From assembly GCF_009914755.1 (NCBI RefSeq), contig NC_060940.1: a DNA stretch of 64,000 nt; one strand, 5' to 3'. The notes under the pieces were generated by a model. That model saw only the letters and a program-made list of their open reading frames with translations, was not told the DNA's origin and searched no databases. The DNA comes from the human T2T-CHM13v2.0 reference genome, Homo sapiens. Of this stretch, positions 56,039-64,000 are shown piece after piece. Made by a program: the position numbers and the translations under genes. Position 1 is the stretch's first letter. Each line of letters starts with the position of its first letter.

Positions 56039-56449
56039 GTGAGTGGCCTGCTGAACCTTTGCAGGTTATATTCAAAGCAGAGGGGAATGTAGCCCTTTGC
56101 ACCCATGCCAGTGTCAAGCTTTTTTTCATCAGCAACCCTGGCTACAGTTAGCAAGCCTGGCTTGTGTCTCACATCTTGTATGGAGTACCTAAGTCCTCAT
56201 AGGGGCAGAACTGTCAGCTGCCAATGCCTGCTTCCAGAGCCCAGCAGGCCTCTGGCTTTGGTCTTGCATACATCTTTGAGTTTCTGTTGTGTTTCTGGTT
56301 CATGGAAACGTTTATCTTGGTTTTGAGCCTGGCTATATCCTTTCGATTTTTTCTTTTTATATTTTATGTATCATTGCTGTATGTTAAGTCAGAGAGGCTA
56401 CATCAAACATGAGCTTATTATGTTATCATATTCAGAAGATCTGTGTTTG

Positions 56450-62000
<5,551 letters not shown>

Positions 62001-62670
62001 CTCCATTTCCAGAATGATGGTGTGGTGTTGAGGGAAGGGAGGAATTTATAATATTGTTCAGAAGAGTTGGCATTCTTCACAGCAGTGTCTCCAAGGAGTA
62101 CCACCTTTTCTCTATATATCTGATTCTTCTCCAGAAGCATGGCTTCTCTGAGGCTGCCAAGCCTCTTGCTTGTAGTCAAGTGCTGAGAACTGTCAAAATC
62201 ATGACCCATGTTCCTTATTTGACATTTAATTGGAGTTTTTATTTTGGGGTTTTTTTATGCTTCATCTAATTCTTCCATGCCCCTTGATTTTTTTTTTTTT
62301 AACCAAATCTATTAAGCCTCCTCTCCCTTGCTTTCCCTACTCACAGGCTTGCAGCAGTTTACAATAGTGGGAGTTACACTTATTTATTTAATTACAGGTC
62401 ATTTGAAAATTTTTGTAATAGCCCTTGTCTCTTAGTAATGCCGAAGGTATGGCTCATATGTATTTTATTTTTATTCTTTTTATTGATTCTGTGGTTCTTT
62501 GGGGAAGGTGTGTGGTTTCACCATTTTCCTGCAGACCTGGAAGTCAGCCCCATATTACCTTTCAGTATGCGTAAAAAGACAACTACTGTTTATATTATTG
62601 TGGCTCATATCCAGGAGCCACAATAGAGTATGAGGTTCCTACCTTATCCAGGCTGTGCTGTTCTCTACAG

Positions 62671-62775
62671 GTTCTTGAGCAGGCCAGAGTGGAAATCCCC
62701 CTGTTTCCCTTCAGCATTGTTCAGTTCTCTTTTAAGGCCTTTTCACCTGTCCTCACTGAGGAGATGAACAAAAGG
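62671..62775 (+). CDS. REXO5: REXO5 coding exon
   Basis: CTACAG/GTAAGT; VLEQARVEIPLFPFSIVQFSFKAFSPVLTEEMNKR. Confidence 0.92.
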
Positions 62776-63246
62776 GTAAGTGAATGGGTTCTGCTGAATG
62801 ATTTATTTAGTGACTTATTATAACCTCTCATCATTAAGGAAAGTAATACATGCTTTATTTAATTTGTTGTGTTTTTCTCTAGATTTTTACTATCTGCATA
62901 TTAACATTTAAAAATATTTTTATGAAAATGGGAATCAGACTATGCATACTGTTTTGCAACTTTATTTTTTCATTTAACAGTATATCATACATCTTTCTGT
63001 ATCACTACATATCTTATTTCCCTTGTTTTTAATGGCTACATAGTATTCTGCTATATGATATACCTATTAACATTTGTGCTTTATACATTTTTGCTATTAC
63101 AAATAATACTTCAGTGAACATCCTTGGACATTTGGCAAGTATTTATATCAAAAAAATCTTTGGTGAATAATCCCATGCATTGACTCATGATTTCAGTTCT
63201 CTTTCCATATTCATTCCCATACTATATTCTGTTGTTTTTCCTACAG

Positions 63247-63384
63247 ATGAGGATCAAGTGGACAGAGATATCAACTGTCTATGCTGGGCCATTTAGCAAA
63301 AATTGCAATCTCAGGGCTCTGAAGAGGCTGTTTAAAAGCTTTGGCCCAGTCCAGTCAATGACTTTTGTTCTTGAAACCCGTCAG
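63247..63384 (+). CDS. REXO5: REXO5 coding exon, start of RRM (gene continues beyond window)
   Basis: CTACAG/GTAAGA; MRIKWTEISTVYAGPFSKNCNLRALKRLFKSFGPVQSMTFVLETRQ (RNP2-like VYAGPF, FxxFG). Confidence 0.92.
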
Positions 63385-63601
63385 GTAAGACCGGAAAATT
63401 CAGATTTCATTTTCTAGATTAGTGTTAGACATTCAGGTGACTGCTTGGGCCATGCAGATAGCAAATATTCGTAAAGTAAGCTTGATTGCTACCAACTGGA
63501 GTGTGAGACATACTCTAATGAGAGCAGTTGTTGACCCACAAGAATGTATACCCAGTATTGTGAGATCTTTTGTTGTGTGTGTTTAAAGAATTGAGAAATC
63601 T

Positions 63602-63735
63602 GGCTGGGCGCAGTGGCCTATACCTGTAATCCCAGCACTTTGGGAGTTTGAGGAGGGAGGATTGCTTGAGCCCAGGAGTTCAAGACCAGCCTGGGCTCAA
63701 GCAATGTGAGACCACATTGCTACAAACAATTTAAA
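63602..63735 (+). mobile_element. Alu left monomer
   Basis: GGCTGGGCGCAGTGG...GGAGTTCAAGACCAGCCTGGG. Confidence 0.85.
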
Positions 63736-64000
63736 AACAAGAATTAAGAAATCTGTCAGTTTTCATATGTTGGCTCCCATTTCTCAAATACCAGGCCATA
63801 CGAAAAAATATGTCTGCTGGTTGAATATAACCTGTGGTCCTTATGATTGTACCTCAGCTTTAAATGATAAAATACTCTTTCAAAAAGAGAAGTAACTTTC
63901 ATATCTTAGAAAGTTACTTCTTTTTTTACATTACAGAGTAGGCTCATGGCTTGCTTGGTTAAGATACAGGAGGAAGATTATGGGAGGGCTTTTGTTGTTA

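Overview
Primate (human-like) Alu-rich genomic DNA. I recognise it as the ACSM3-ERI2-REXO5 locus; human chr16p12.3 is from recall and was not checked. It holds the last 11 coding exons of ACSM3 (+, 304-19903), a complete ERI2 gene (-, ATG 29361; nine exons sum to 2076 nt = 691 aa, DEDDh exonuclease plus GRF zinc finger) and the first 14 coding exons of REXO5 (+, ATG 29885; DEDDh exonuclease plus start of an RRM; runs off the window). ERI2 and REXO5 are head-to-head on one CpG island carrying a textbook CDE/CHR element, an inverted ETS pair and a MYB-site cluster. An alternative ERI2 3' end (three more minus-strand exons, giving 328 aa) threads antisense through ACSM3. Its last acceptor lies inside an ACSM3 coding exon (21 nt coding on both strands) and its poly(A) signal comes from a MER58 transposon. 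Other features: a GC donor at the REXO5 Exo I motif, a CTCF motif in ERI2, a solo ERV1 LTR beside the promoter, a U6 retrocopy, a poly(A)-only insertion and several inverted or nested Alus. Exons were reconstructed by hand from splice signals and frame. Repeat family names are from memory and repeat boundaries are approximate.
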